Positions 51,095-63,740 of a stretch of 64,000 bases of DNA are shown piece after piece (the first letter of the stretch is position 1; every line of letters begins with the position of its first letter). The stretch is taken from the NCBI GenBank assembly GCA_964016885.1, contig OZ024758.1:32426001-32490000 (forward strand). Reading direction: 5' to 3'. A program made the position numbers and the translations under genes. The DNA comes from Eledone cirrhosa. Taxonomy: Eukaryota. Below the pieces are notes generated by a model. The model was not told where the DNA came from. It saw only the letters and a program-made list of their open reading frames with translations, and did no database searches.

Positions 51095-53790
51095 CTGCAA
51101 CAGAGACAAAAATAAATATATGAACACATGTTGATAATAAGTTATTGATTTTAATTCAATTTAATTTACTTCTTGATTATTTAGAATATTAGATCATCAA
51201 TTATCTCTTTCAACCTTACTTTTATTGCAAACCAAAGTTTTTTTGTAATATTTAGAGCAGAGAAAAAGTAAAAAAATTTACTACGCATACATGTGATGAA
51301 TGGCATATGCCAAACATTCTTAATGAATTGAAATGTTTCTCTTAGAGAAAGAAAACATTAGCCTGGTGGCATTCATTAATGACTCACATATAAATAAAAA
51401 AAATAATAAATTCAATAGATTAAGAATTTTTAAAAATTAAAGGAAAATCTGATCTTTGTTAGTGGGGATGGTGATAGCAATGAACATGTTTCAATCTTAT
51501 TAGCCCTTGTCAGTGAGACATAGACAACATGCACAGAGTTGAGCAATAAATATAGGTTTTTGCATATAGAAAAAAAAAAGGTTATGAATAACTTGTCAAG
51601 TAGCAATTTGCATAGTAAAAAAATCACCCTGAGACATAATATAAGGTTTAAAAAAGATGAATGATGTGATTTTTCAGAGTGAGAGTAAATGAATATGCAT
51701 GTGTGTATATATAAATATATGTGTGTGTGCGCGTGTGTGTATGTGTGTATGTCTATGTATATATATCAAAAGTGGAAGTATACATTCAAATCTCAACAAA
51801 TACTTTTGTATATATATATATATATATATATATGTCTGTGTGTGCATATAATTATGTACGTATGTCTGTATGTGTATGCATGCATAACATACAGAGACAC
51901 AAATACATTCCTAAATTTATTTTCAACTGTATTTTCAGCTTGTTATTTGAAAAACGTTTTTGTCTAAGGCAACATTTAACATGCATCATATATATGTATG
52001 GGGAGAGAGATTCTGACTGGATACAATGGCAGCAGCAGCAGCATTGTAATAATTCAACTCAAGATGCATAACATTTATAAACATTCATGTAAAAATTTAA
52101 AGGAAATAAATGAATGCAAAAAAACAAACAAAAAAACTGGAAGGAAAAAATGTCAATTCATTGAAATGATATCAGAGAATTGAGAAATGGAGACATGACA
52201 AGAGTATAAATGGCAAACAGAGATTTTTATGACATAAACAGTATAATATAGGCTTCTTCATTGAAATTCTTAATCTGGTATAAATTAAGGGAAATATGAC
52301 TTGGTGCATTATTATCAATTTATCAAAACTGTTTTGGTTTCTGATATTCAAAGAAGATGAAATTGTAGACAGTGAAATGAAGCCAACATATTTCAATGAG
52401 AAGATAATGTTTAATTAGAGAAAATATCATTCAATACAAAGATATTCCTTCAAACTTGATAGAAACATCATGGAGACATTAGGATTATTTCTAAAACCAA
52501 GGCTAAGAGAAATAAATCAAATGTTAAGTCTGTAAAACAAATCAATACAAGGCAATATTGATCGTAATATAATTAATTGGATTATCAGACAGGAGAGGAA
52601 GGTTTGAATTTATAATCTGGTGAAAATCTGTTGCTGAGTCAAGACAAAGAATGATGTAGCTGATATTTCACTAATTTTTTCTGCAGGTTTAAAACCCATA
52701 ACATTTTTTCAATAAAAATAATTATATTATCATCATCATCACTTAATGTCCGCTTTCCCTACTGATAAGGGTTGGATGGGTCTACATAGACCAAGTCAAT
52801 ACTGAAGTGGGGCCACTGACATCCCAGACAAGCTCGGGGAGGTCTGTATCCGGCTTACATACTGTCATTATCGAGTGCAGAGGTGAAGTTGTCGTATCTT
52901 TTGACACAACCTGAAAGATGATCCTAACCCCTCATTTGGCAAGCTTTCTATGGCTTGATGCCCTTCCTATCTCTAACCACTTTACAGCATGTATTGGGTG
53001 CATTTATCATATAGATCACCAACACTAGAGAGGTTGTTGTGTCTTTAACACAGCTGAAGGGTCCTCTCAACCCTTTTAGGCATGGTTTCTACAGTGAAGT
53101 GCTCTTCCTGTTGCCAACCATCCATACAGAGAATACTGAGTGCATTTTCATGGCACCATCACAACCATAACCCTAACCCAGCTGTATATAATCATACAAA
53201 CTGACATCCACAAATATTTAGTCTCACTGTAAAGCTAGGCTTAGGATGAGGGTTGAGCCAGCATATCTATATTCCATTCTGTATTGTAATCAAATAATTA
53301 TTGTCTGTCAATTTTGTACCATTATGTGACTCTGTACATATTTCTTGACATTTTAATAACTAACCTTCAGCTACAACCATTAACAGTTTGAAAAGGGAGG
53401 TAAGTGAATATTGATACATTCTTAAATAAGCTGATGAAAAATTTGTCATAGATTTACCTCCACAAAAGATGCTATATTCCAAGAGGCTATATTTTTTAAA
53501 TGACCATATAATCATGTGGAAACTTGTACAATACTTGTCTGAATATAAAGTTTTATTCTTTTTATAACTTTTCTAAATTTTTATGAAATTATTAATCATA
53601 TTGACCATTTGTAAAAATTGTAAATAAAATGAGATGATTCTTTTTGATACACTGTATATGTTTATTTAACATATGGATATGATACTGCATCATCATCATC
53701 ATTTTACGCCCGCTTTTCCCTGCTTGCAAGGGTGGGACTGCATATACATATTTATTCATAACCCTTGCTCTGTTGGTACTGTAATTATTA

Positions 53791-54370
53791 AAAATAATTG
53801 TTTCTACTTTTGGCACAAGGCCAGCAAATACCCAGTACATTACTGGTACTTTATTTTATCGACTCCGTATGGATGAAAGGCAAAGTTATCCTCAGCGGGA
53901 TTTGAACTCAGACTGTAAAGGGACGTAACTATGCTGGAAAGCATGTCCGACCCTCTACCGATACTGCCAATCCACTGCCCAAAAAATAATTGTTTCTACT
54001 TTTGGCACAAGGCCAGCAATTACCCAGTACATTACTGGTACTTTATTTTATCGACCCCGTATGGATGAAAGGCAAAGTTATCCTCGGCGGGATTTGAACT
54101 CAGGCTGTAAAGGGACGTAACTATGCTGGAAAGCATGTCCGACCCTCTACTGATACTGCCAATCCACTGCCCAAAAAATAATTGTTTCTACTTTTGGCAC
54201 AAGGCCAGCAATTACCCAGTACATTACTGGTACTTTATTTTATCGACCCCGTATGGATGAAAGGCAAAGTTATCCTCGGCGGGATTTGAACTCAGACTGT
54301 AAAGGGACGTAACTATGCTGGAAAGCATGTCCGACCCTCTACTGATACTGCCAATCCACTGCCAAAAAAA
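53791..54370 (-). repeat. Three tandem 192-bp copies of family B SINE
   Basis: Period of 192 bp, few substitutions; a diverged fourth SINE follows to ~54580. Confidence 0.93.
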
Positions 54371-55804
54371 TAATGATTTCTAATTTAGGCACAATGACAA
54401 CAGATTTTGAGGGAAGGGCAAAGTTGATAACATCAACCCCAGTACTTTACTGGTATTTTATTTTATTGACTCCAGAAGGATGAAAGGCAAAGTTGACCTT
54501 GGAATATGAATGTTGAATGTAAAGAGCCATAAGAAACATTGCTGACCATTGCCTGATGTTCTACCGACTCTACTACCACTGTATAGTTCTTGAAAATTAT
54601 AAAAATATGTTTAATATGGATTGCTGAAAAAGAAATATAGTAATGGAGGTAAACGTGTTTCGAGCATAAATGAAGATAAGAAGGACTCAAATGTAGTCTG
54701 AATGATTAGCAACACTTTTATAAAAAGGGTTTTATCAATAATTATAAAATTGAGTAGATTAAAGGTATTTGTGAAGCCCGCATAGACACCATATTTTATT
54801 GTTGAATAAACCTGCATCTTTTTAATCCCAATTAGCATTTAAATTGGCCATATCTGGCCAAAATTTTCTCACCTCTTTCTGTTCAAACTAGTTGTAACCA
54901 GCCGCTCATACTGATGTTCTCAACATAAATAATATCAAAATCTCATAGATTCGATATTATGTAAGATAATTATATGAGGTAAAACCTTTACTGTGAAAAT
55001 ATAATAGTAAATATAGGGTAATGCAAATGGTAATGGGTTACAGAAGCTGAAACAGATTTGAATAGTTTCATTTAGGTGTATCCTACAGCAGGCATGTGCA
55101 GCCTTTGTCAAGCAGTGAGTCACATAGGATGTGTAAGGCAGGCCACACTACTGAAGAATTCAAGGCAATTTTGAAGTTAGGCGTGCCTTTCAGAAAGCCA
55201 AACAGGCCACATGCTGCTCGTGGGCTGCAGTTTGCCCATGACTGTTCTACAGAGAATATATAAAATCCAAGTAAGAATAGACATGATAGTATAGAATGTA
55301 CTTGTAGTTTGTCAATTTTAATTTTTTTGCTGAAACTACCAGCCAATTGACACTTGGAGAAGGTACTTGATTCACTTCTGTCTCTTGAATATTACCAATT
55401 GCATTATAGAGCTTCTGTTGCAGGGATTGGAAGAGCTTAATTATATATACAGTGGAACCTCAGTTCACAAATATCTTTCATCATGAACAATTTTTCTGAA
55501 CATAAAACATCTTGGGTGATGAACAATATCTCAAGTAATGAACACACAAGCCAGCAACAACAGTTGGCAACAAGCTTGGAGCATCAGTGGGAAGTGCTAC
55601 TTGTTGTGTAGTTAGTTACTGTGGTGATATCTGTCTTTCACACACAGTCTCTCTCTCTCACTGTATTTCGCTCTCAATATTTCATATGGGAAAAATAATT
55701 TCGGTTTACAAACATTTTTGGTGACAAATGGCCACCAGGAAGGAATTAAGTTGATGAACCACGTTTCCACTGCATATGTATATCATTATTTATCACCAAT
55801 AAAG

Positions 55805-55988
55805 GGCGGTGGATTGGCAGTATCGGTAGAGGGTCGGACGCCATGCTTTCCAGCATAGTTACGTCCCTTTACGATCTGAGTTCAAATCCCGCCGAGGTTG
55901 ACTTTGCCTTTCATCCTTACGGGGTCGATAAAATAAAGTACCAGTAATGCACTGGGTAAGTGCTGGCCTTGTGCCTAAAGTAGAAACA
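55805..55988 (+). mobile_element. Full-length family B tRNA-derived SINE with 20-bp TSD
   Basis: A box TGGCAGTATCGG, B box GAGTTCAAATCC; TSD ATTATTTATCACCAATAAAG at 55785-55804 and 55989-56008. Confidence 0.92.
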
Positions 55989-56907
55989 ATTATTTATCAC
56001 CAATAAAGACTAAGAAATAAATTAAAAACATGATCATACTAACATATCAGTCAATAGAAAATTAGTGTATAGAAAATTAGTGTAGTAAAAACCAAAGCAC
56101 AAATATATAGAACCTATTGGTGGGGTTTAAGCCTCAAAAACCCCTTAGTGACAGAATGCTTGCATTATGGTAGATTCTTCAGAAACAAAAGCAAGAACTA
56201 AAATACAATCTGATATACTTCATAATTGTTTCTACATTTGGCACAAGGCCAGCAATTATCCAGTGTATTACTGGTACTTTATTTTATCGACCCCGTAAGG
56301 ATGAAAGGCAAAGTTAACCTCGAATGTTAGTATAAAATGGTTAAAGTTGTGTTTTCTTTTATTAATTAGGATTGTCAGACTGATATTAATTATGACTGTC
56401 AAGTGAATTTAATGAGTTAAGATAGTAATTAGAAATGATTTTGTTAGGTAAATTTGTCAACAAAATCTCATTTTACTTGTAATAGGAATAATATATTAAT
56501 TTCTATAACTTTTATTTACAAAAAAAGAAGTTTATAGAATGTATAGTAAAAAGTAACAAACACCAACAACAACAAAAGCTTAAGAAGAAAAAAATGTCAG
56601 TAACTTTGATAAAATACCTAATTGATATTTTTGATCTATATCATCAGGGAAAAGAAAATTTAATTATTTCTTTTTTGTTGCATTCATAGAATTAGAAATT
56701 TGTGGTAAACAAATTGTGATGTGAAGTAATTACTTGCATTGAGATTGGTAACAAAATACATTGATTTGATTTTACTAGAATTGAATTGGCTTAATCTGTT
56801 AGCAGATGTGAAGAAAACTGTTGTTTTGAGGAGAAAAGACACAATCAACAAGGTTGATATTCTTAACTTATGAAAATTATTTAATATTGAGAGTAAGGGG
56901 GAAGAAC

Positions 56908-56946
<39 letters not shown>

Positions 56947-57261
56947 GTGTTAGGAAAGGCATCCAGCTGTAGAAATCAAGCCAGAATCAGTTCTGTATGA
57001 GCAAGACATGGTCATCTGACCTGGCATCGCCAACAACAGGACAACCCGTCTAACCCATGCTAGCATGGAGGAATGGACGTAAAACGGTGATGATGATGAT
57101 GATGATATATAAATTATATATACATATAAAATATATACATGTGTATATGGGATAACAAGTTATGTACAGCCAACCATGTTACTCTTAAATCTTTCACTAT
57201 ATATATCCGTCTAACCCAAGCTAGCATGGAAGATGGACGTTAAACGATGATGACGATGATG

Positions 57262-57637
57262 ATATATACATATAAAGTTGTATTCCTGTCTGTTTGTTCA
57301 CAAACTATTCCTATAGTTTTGGATATAGACCCCCATAACCATATATATTCTGAAACTACATTATAACCATATATATTCTGAAACCACGATATGATGCCTA
57401 TTCACAAAAGTTTTGAATTGATATTTTGAAAAAATTATTTACAAGAAACAAAATAAGAATAAAATTTAATAATGTAATTTTGATTAGATATATTACAAAA
57501 AATAATGTTTTCCAATTTTTCATGCATTACATTTTACATTGAGTAATATTGAAATGCAGAGTTTTTCTCCATAAAATCATCATTTTCTTACAAAAAAAAA
57601 TGTGTGAAATGCAGCAAGGCATGGGTAATTCGGCTAG
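57262..57637 (+). mobile_element. Possible decayed non-autonomous Helitron
   Basis: 5' TATAAAGTTG..CTGTCTGTTTG; 3' GCAAGGCATGGGTAATTCGG-CTAG|T resembles the 22986 end. Confidence 0.45.
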
Positions 57638-57638
57638 T

Positions 57639-57710
<72 letters not shown>

Positions 57711-57783
57711 GTGTGTAAATGAAGTAATTCCGTCGGAAAGGTCCAGGAAAAAAAGAGTGCTCTATGTAAGTTACAGAGCTTAT

Positions 57784-57956
57784 TAGTTATGTAATAAATA
57801 ACATAAGATAATTATTTAATTTACCAGTGTCTTTATTGAAAAATCCACTGTCAATAAAGACTCCAGGATTTTTTCATTCTGATGAATGAAAGCAATTTGG
57901 GTTGCTTTTAAGAAACCACTGGTAAATGAAATAATTATCTTATGTTGTTTATTACA

Positions 57957-57962
<6 letters not shown>
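57784..57962. repeat. Fold-back element (arms 57784-57829 and 57917-57962) ending in (TA)n
   Basis: Reverse-complement arms; the right arm overlaps the HHR. Confidence 0.85.
57872..57931 (+). ncRNA. Type I hammerhead ribozyme
   Basis: TTTCATT-CTGATGA-ATGAAAGCAA(TTTGGG)TTGCTTTTAA-GAAA-CCACTGG-TA^AATGAAA: 7-bp stem I, GUA site; A.A mismatch at the base of stem II. Confidence 0.85.
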
Positions 57963-58000
<38 letters not shown>

Positions 58001-58005
<5 letters not shown>

Positions 58006-59954
58006 ATGATATTAATAAATGGAAACTATATTTATAAAACCATATTTATTCTATTATAGAGAGCGTACCAAAACTTTGGTATGCTCTCATCAGATAAAAT
58101 ACACAATTTGTTTTATAAATATTGACATGGAGATCTTAATGGTTCAAGTTTTTCCTGGATAATGAAAGGAAAGAGGGGAAAGATAGGAAAAGTCAAATAT
58201 TTCAAATTATTAAGATGAGGTTGAGGTATAGGGCTGAAAAAAAACACGTTAATTTTAGATGCTAGGTAGATTTAAGTAATTATTAGGATATATGTTTCCT
58301 TGAGCAAGACACTTTATTTCACATTGCTCCAGTTTACTCATCTGTAGAAATGAGATGATATGGACTGTGGTCCCTACCATTCCACTGTAAAGTGGATGTG
58401 GAGGTGCCATGGAAAAAAGCACCTGGCACTCACTGTAAATGAGGTTGGTGTTAGGAAGGGCATCCAGCTGTAGAAATCAAGCCAGAATTAGTTGCTGTCC
58501 CACCCTTGCAAGTAGGGAAAAGAGGGCATAAAAATGATGATGATATGTATGTGTAGGAAGAAGAAAGAGAAAGAAAGAAAAGCTTGTATTTACGTGAATT
58601 TAAAAAGAATTAACAGTTTGTAGGAATGGTGGAATATGATTCCAGAATTTAAAAAATTATTTAGCTAAATTATGAGCTATATTATTATATATATAATCAA
58701 TTAGATTATATGAAGAATTATGGTTGTAAGTACATTTTATCTTATTATATTGCAACAGGTTGTAAGTATATAAATATCTAAATAGATTAATAAGTGTGCA
58801 AGTATAAGTATTATTGGTGATTTTATAGAAATAAACCACAATTATTAATTGTTTACATTTCTAATATGAGTTACGAAGGATGTTGATTTTAGATTTTACA
58901 TAAAAAATTTAAGAAAAAGACATAGTTCAAGTTGTAAGGGAAGAACAATTTGTAGATTCAAATATTTTCATCCAACATTGAAAATATTTTCAGAACATTA
59001 TTAATTTAGCAAAATTATATAATTTATCATACAAGTTATTATGTCTATGTTTGCTCAATTGTAAAGGAAAAGATAACTCCAATATTATTTGCTAACCATT
59101 AAATTTGATGAATGATTTTCTTAGAAATCATGTAGAGAAAATTATATATTATTTTGTGTGAGATTATAAGGTATTTTATATTACATGTTTTTCAAGTATG
59201 GGAATTTCAATTATATATTATCTACGTCGAAAGATGTGTGAAAAGTTTGAAGATTAAAGAGAGAAAAATGTATTATTAGATAAGTCGAGAGTGCATTTAG
59301 AAGAACTATCGTAAAGAGGATATCTTTCAGAATGTCAATTAAAAAGTATCAATCTAAAAAAATATATATATAAATCTAAAAAATAGATTAAGAAGTGTAT
59401 CATTAGGAAAATAATATCAATTGGTAAAAATACTAAATTTAAGAAGGAAGATCATTTAAAAAATTTAAATTTTTAAAAGAAAACCTCAGTAAATAACAGG
59501 ATCATTTTAATGATGTTTAAGATGTAGTCAAGTGTAATGAATATTATAGATTAAAAATACTTCGGAAAGTGGATTTTTGGCGATGTCTGCAAGAACTGAA
59601 TAATTTGGTTTTTAAATTAATAGAGTTTTGACAGTTAATTATATAAAAAAAAAAAAATCTACCTACCGTCTAAAAATAACGTTTTTTTTTTTGGCACTAT
59701 ACCTCAACCACATTTGCATATTAATCTTAATAATTTGAAATATTTGACTTTTCCTCTCTTTCCCCTCTTTTCTTTTACTATCCAGGAAAAACTTGAACCG
59801 TTAAGATCTCCTTCCTGGATATGTCAATATTTATAAAACAAACTTTGAATTTTATCTGATGAGAGCGTACCAAAGCTTTGGTACCCTTGAAATATATATA
59901 ATAGAATAAATATGGTTTTATAAATATAGTTTTCATTTATTAATATCATTGATA
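58001..59954 (+). mobile_element. Decayed AT-rich Penelope-like element with ~270-bp inverted termini and a SINE insertion (~58293-58545)
   Basis: 58001-58273 is the reverse complement of ~59655-59954; both arms carry HHR sequence; (TA)n on both sides; interior ORF not readable. Confidence 0.7.
59850..59906 (+). ncRNA. Type I hammerhead ribozyme with palindromic stem III
   Basis: TTTTAT-CTGATGA-GAGCGTACCAA(AGCT)TTGGTACCCTT-GAAA-TATATA-TA^ATAGAA; the opposite arm copy (58049-58099, minus) lacks GAAA. Confidence 0.85.
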
Positions 59955-60042
59955 TTATACGCCAGAAAACCTGTCAAGTGCTTCGAATCAGTTATAAACA
60001 TTTATATTTGTTGAATTACCAACAAATTAAATATCCCTTTTG

Positions 60043-60091
<49 letters not shown>

Positions 60092-60188
60092 AGGGAGTGT
60101 AACTTGGAGTTACTGTAGGTTCACCCGGGTGAGCACTCAGTGTTTAGGTTCACTTCAGTGTCGAGGTGTAGAGCTAGACAGAGTGTAT

Positions 60189-60319
60189 TATAGTGAAATA
60201 AGATAACAAGGACGATTGGTTACTGCTTCATTACGTTTATTGGTTGTGAAACGCGCGTCACCAACCAATAAACGTAATGAAGAAGTAACCGATCATCCTT
60301 GTTATCTTATTTCACTATA
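60189..60319. repeat. Hairpin (58-bp arms) whose loop is an HHR stem III/cleavage motif
   Basis: Arms 60189-60246 and 60262-60319; loop contains GAAACGCGCGTC. Confidence 0.85.
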
Positions 60320-60497
60320 TATGTTATAATATATACATGTATATATATATATTATAATATATACATGTATATATATATATATATTATAATATATAAATGT
60401 ATATATATATATACAAGTATATATATGTATATATATATTATAATATATAAATGTATATATACAAGTATATATATGAATATATATATTATAATATATG

Positions 60498-60683
60498 TAT
60501 GTAGAAGGAAGACGTGGTAGAGGTAGACCACGAAAAACATGGGCGGAGGTGGTGAGAGCAGACCTCAGACCCCTGAAACTCACCGAGGAGATGACGAAGG
60601 ACCGTGACAAGTGGAGAGATGCTGTGCTGAATAGGACCCATCCAACCCTTGCAAGCAGGGAAAAGTGGACGTATGATGATGAT
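60498..60683 (+). mobile_element. RTE LINE 3' fragment
   Basis: [22 protein letters not shown]...DRDKWR plus tail CCCTTGCAAGCAGGGAAAAGTGGACGTA(TGA)n. Confidence 0.85.
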
Positions 60684-61289
60684 ATATATATATATTATAA
60701 TAATAGTTATACCTATATATATAAATAAGATAAGGGTAATATTGTGTATTACCCAATTTCCAGTAAGATAATTAGTTCAATGTAAAATATCAGATATACT
60801 ACAGTGCAGAAAATGTTCTTAATATATCTTATCCTTCTCAATAAATTTATTAATTACCACCCCCTTTTTTTAATTACCTCCCTTTGTCTTAATACATCTA
60901 TTCCTTTCAAATTGTAATGGTCAATATGAATTTGTTTACAATCACACAGTCTTAATGTTTGATGTTTTTTGTAAGCTGATATTTGAATTTCAACGCAGTC
61001 TAGCTTGGTGTACCACTTTAAAAAATGTCAAGCATCAAGTATATTAACTATATATATATATAATCAATCAACATAACTAACTGATTATAAATCATAATAT
61101 TGATCGCATTTATGGAACTGAAACACTCAATATGACACAAGAGAAACTGCACTAAATTAGTACTAAAACTTTAAAGAAAAAGGACTTTAAACTCCATACT
61201 TTTGGACTGTGTATTTTTTGCATATATCTGTTTGAACTGTATAATTCTATACTTATTGCTTACACACCTCACAACTATAGATATTACCA

Positions 61290-63740
61290 TTTTCTACATA
61301 AACTTTATGACTAACATTATAAAACTTTTCGCCTTAATACGCTATTTGACCTTCACTCAACCCCAACAATCCTTTCAGACCACAATATTATTGAAATGCA
61401 TTTACACATTGGTAATGAGCCCAATGCCACAACTCTTAAACAAAAGGACATGCCAAAGCTATGTAGGTATGATTATCACCAGGCAAATTGGGAAACTATT
61501 AACAACCAGTTACAAATCATTGACTGGGATCTCTACCTTACTGGGCCAGATAAACACAAGAAATTCTTAAACAAGATCGAAGAAATATGTGCAAAAAATA
61601 TTCCTCTTAAGAAAACCAAATCCACAAAAAAACCTGTACCACGGGAGCGAAAGATCCTGATGTGCAAAAGGTCAAGACTAAGAAACAAAACATCTAAGCT
61701 GACATCAAAACATGAACTACAGAAAGTCCTTGACCAAATATACAGATTAGAAGACAATCTAAAACAACACTATGATGAAGAACGTAACAATGCAGAAAAG
61801 AGAGCCATAGAAAACATCAAGAAAAATCCAAAATATTTCTACAGTTTTGCAAAGAAATACTCGAATACCAAGTCAACAATAGGACCTCTCCAGAGACAAA
61901 ATGGGGATGTAGTGAATAACCCTATTGAAATGGCAGAAATGTTGGGTCAACAGTATGAAAGTGTCTTCAGTGAGCCATCTAAAACCATGAAGATCCATGA
62001 CCCAGGAGAATTCTTCAAGGATATCGACCATACTAAACCTACCCTATCCGACATTGATTTCAACCCAGAAGACATAGAAAGAGCCATAGACAAGCTCTCC
62101 ATGCACTCGGCTGCGGGGCCTGATGGTTTCAATGCCATGATACTTAAAAACTGCAAGGTACAATTGTTGAAACCCTTTACATGATATGGAAGGAATCTAT
62201 GGAGAATGGCAAAATACCAAATACATATAAAGAAGCACACATAACTCCAATACATAAAGGGGACAGAAAATCAAAACCAAAGAACTACCGACCAATCTCC
62301 CTGACATCACACATTATCAAGGTCTTCGAAAGAATAGTTCGTGGAAAACTGGTTGAGTTCCTGGAATCCAACAATCTGATGAATTGCAATCAGCATGGAT
62401 TCAGGTTAGGTAGATCATGTCTTTCCCAACTACTGGCACACCATGACCAAATCCTAGAAAATCTAGAGAATGGATACAACACAGATGTTATTTACCTCGA
62501 CTTTGCCAAGGCATTTGACAAGGTAGATCATGGCATCCTGGGACACAAACTTCGAAAGCTAGGAGTAGGAGGAAAAGTTGGTACATGGAAATATGAGTTC
62601 CTTACAAATAGAACTCAAACAGTCACTGTGAATGGAACCCATTCAACACCATCACCTGTGACCAGCAGTGTTCCTCAGGGTACAGTACTCGGCCCGATCC
62701 TGTTTCTCATCCTCATCTCTGACATAGATGAAGATACAACCAGCAACGTCTCATCCTTTGCTGATGACACCAGGGTCATGAGACAAATCAAAGATGAGGT
62801 GGATACAGAGGCCTTACAAAAGGACCTAACCACCATATACAAATGGCAGGAAACAAACAACATGTTGTTCAATGATAAGAAGTTTGAACAGATCAAGATC
62901 TGAAAAATACAACAAACTACAGAAACCCATCAGGACAACAAATAATGGAAAAACAGTATGTGAAAGATTTAGGCATCCACATGGGAACCAGCCTAAAATT
63001 CAGAGAACACCTTGACTCAGTCTGTCTTACTGCAAGAAAGTACAGCGGGTGGATCTTGCGCACCTTCAAATCAAGAGATACCTCAACAATGAAAACCCTC
63101 TGGAACAGTATGATACTTCCGAGGATTGACTACTGTTCTCAGTTGTGGTCACCAACAACAAAGGGCCAACTATCTAAGATGGAATCGCTCCAAAGAAATT
63201 TTACCTCATACTTCTCAGAAACGAGGGACCTGGACTATTGGCAAAGACTCAAAACCTTGAAGATGTACTCAATAGAAAGAAGATTTGAGCGAGACCGAAT
63301 TATATACATTTGGAAAATGATAGAGCAAAAGGTGCCAAACTTTGGTATCAAAACCTACCACTCACTGCGCCACGGAAGACGCTGCCAGCTACCACCAATC
63401 AACAAAAAGGCTGGCCAGGCAGCAAAAACCCTGCAAGAGTCAAGTCTGTTGGTTCGAGGGGCACAACTATTCAACTCCATTCCGGTACATGTCAGAAATC
63501 TATCAGGATGCAGTGTGGAATCATTCAAATTGCAGCTGGATAGATACTTAAGCACCATTAGAGATGAACCCCATCTCCCAGGATATACACAACGAGCAGA
63601 AACTGACTCAAACTCGCTCCTACACATGTCAAAATTAAACAGAGAATCCAACCTGGCAACCACACCAGACTCTGAGGGTGGAGTCTTCGACTTGGCCTGA
63701 GCATGGACTCAAACTCAAATGAAATGAAATGAAATGAAAT
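61290..63740 (+). mobile_element. CR1-group LINE ORF2, 5'-truncated, with frameshifts
   Basis: LSDHNII (APE end), SAAGPDG, NYRPISLTS, QHGFR, YLDFAKAFDKVDH, VPQGTVLGPILF, FADD, KDLGI, IDYCSQLWSP; (GAAAT)n tail; breaks near 62182 and 62903. Confidence 0.93.

Noticed and set aside
1103-60610. Numerous YIYI/CVCV/HTHT ORFs and recurring MPFLTPT... ORFs
   Set aside because: Translations of microsatellites and antisense SINE copies.
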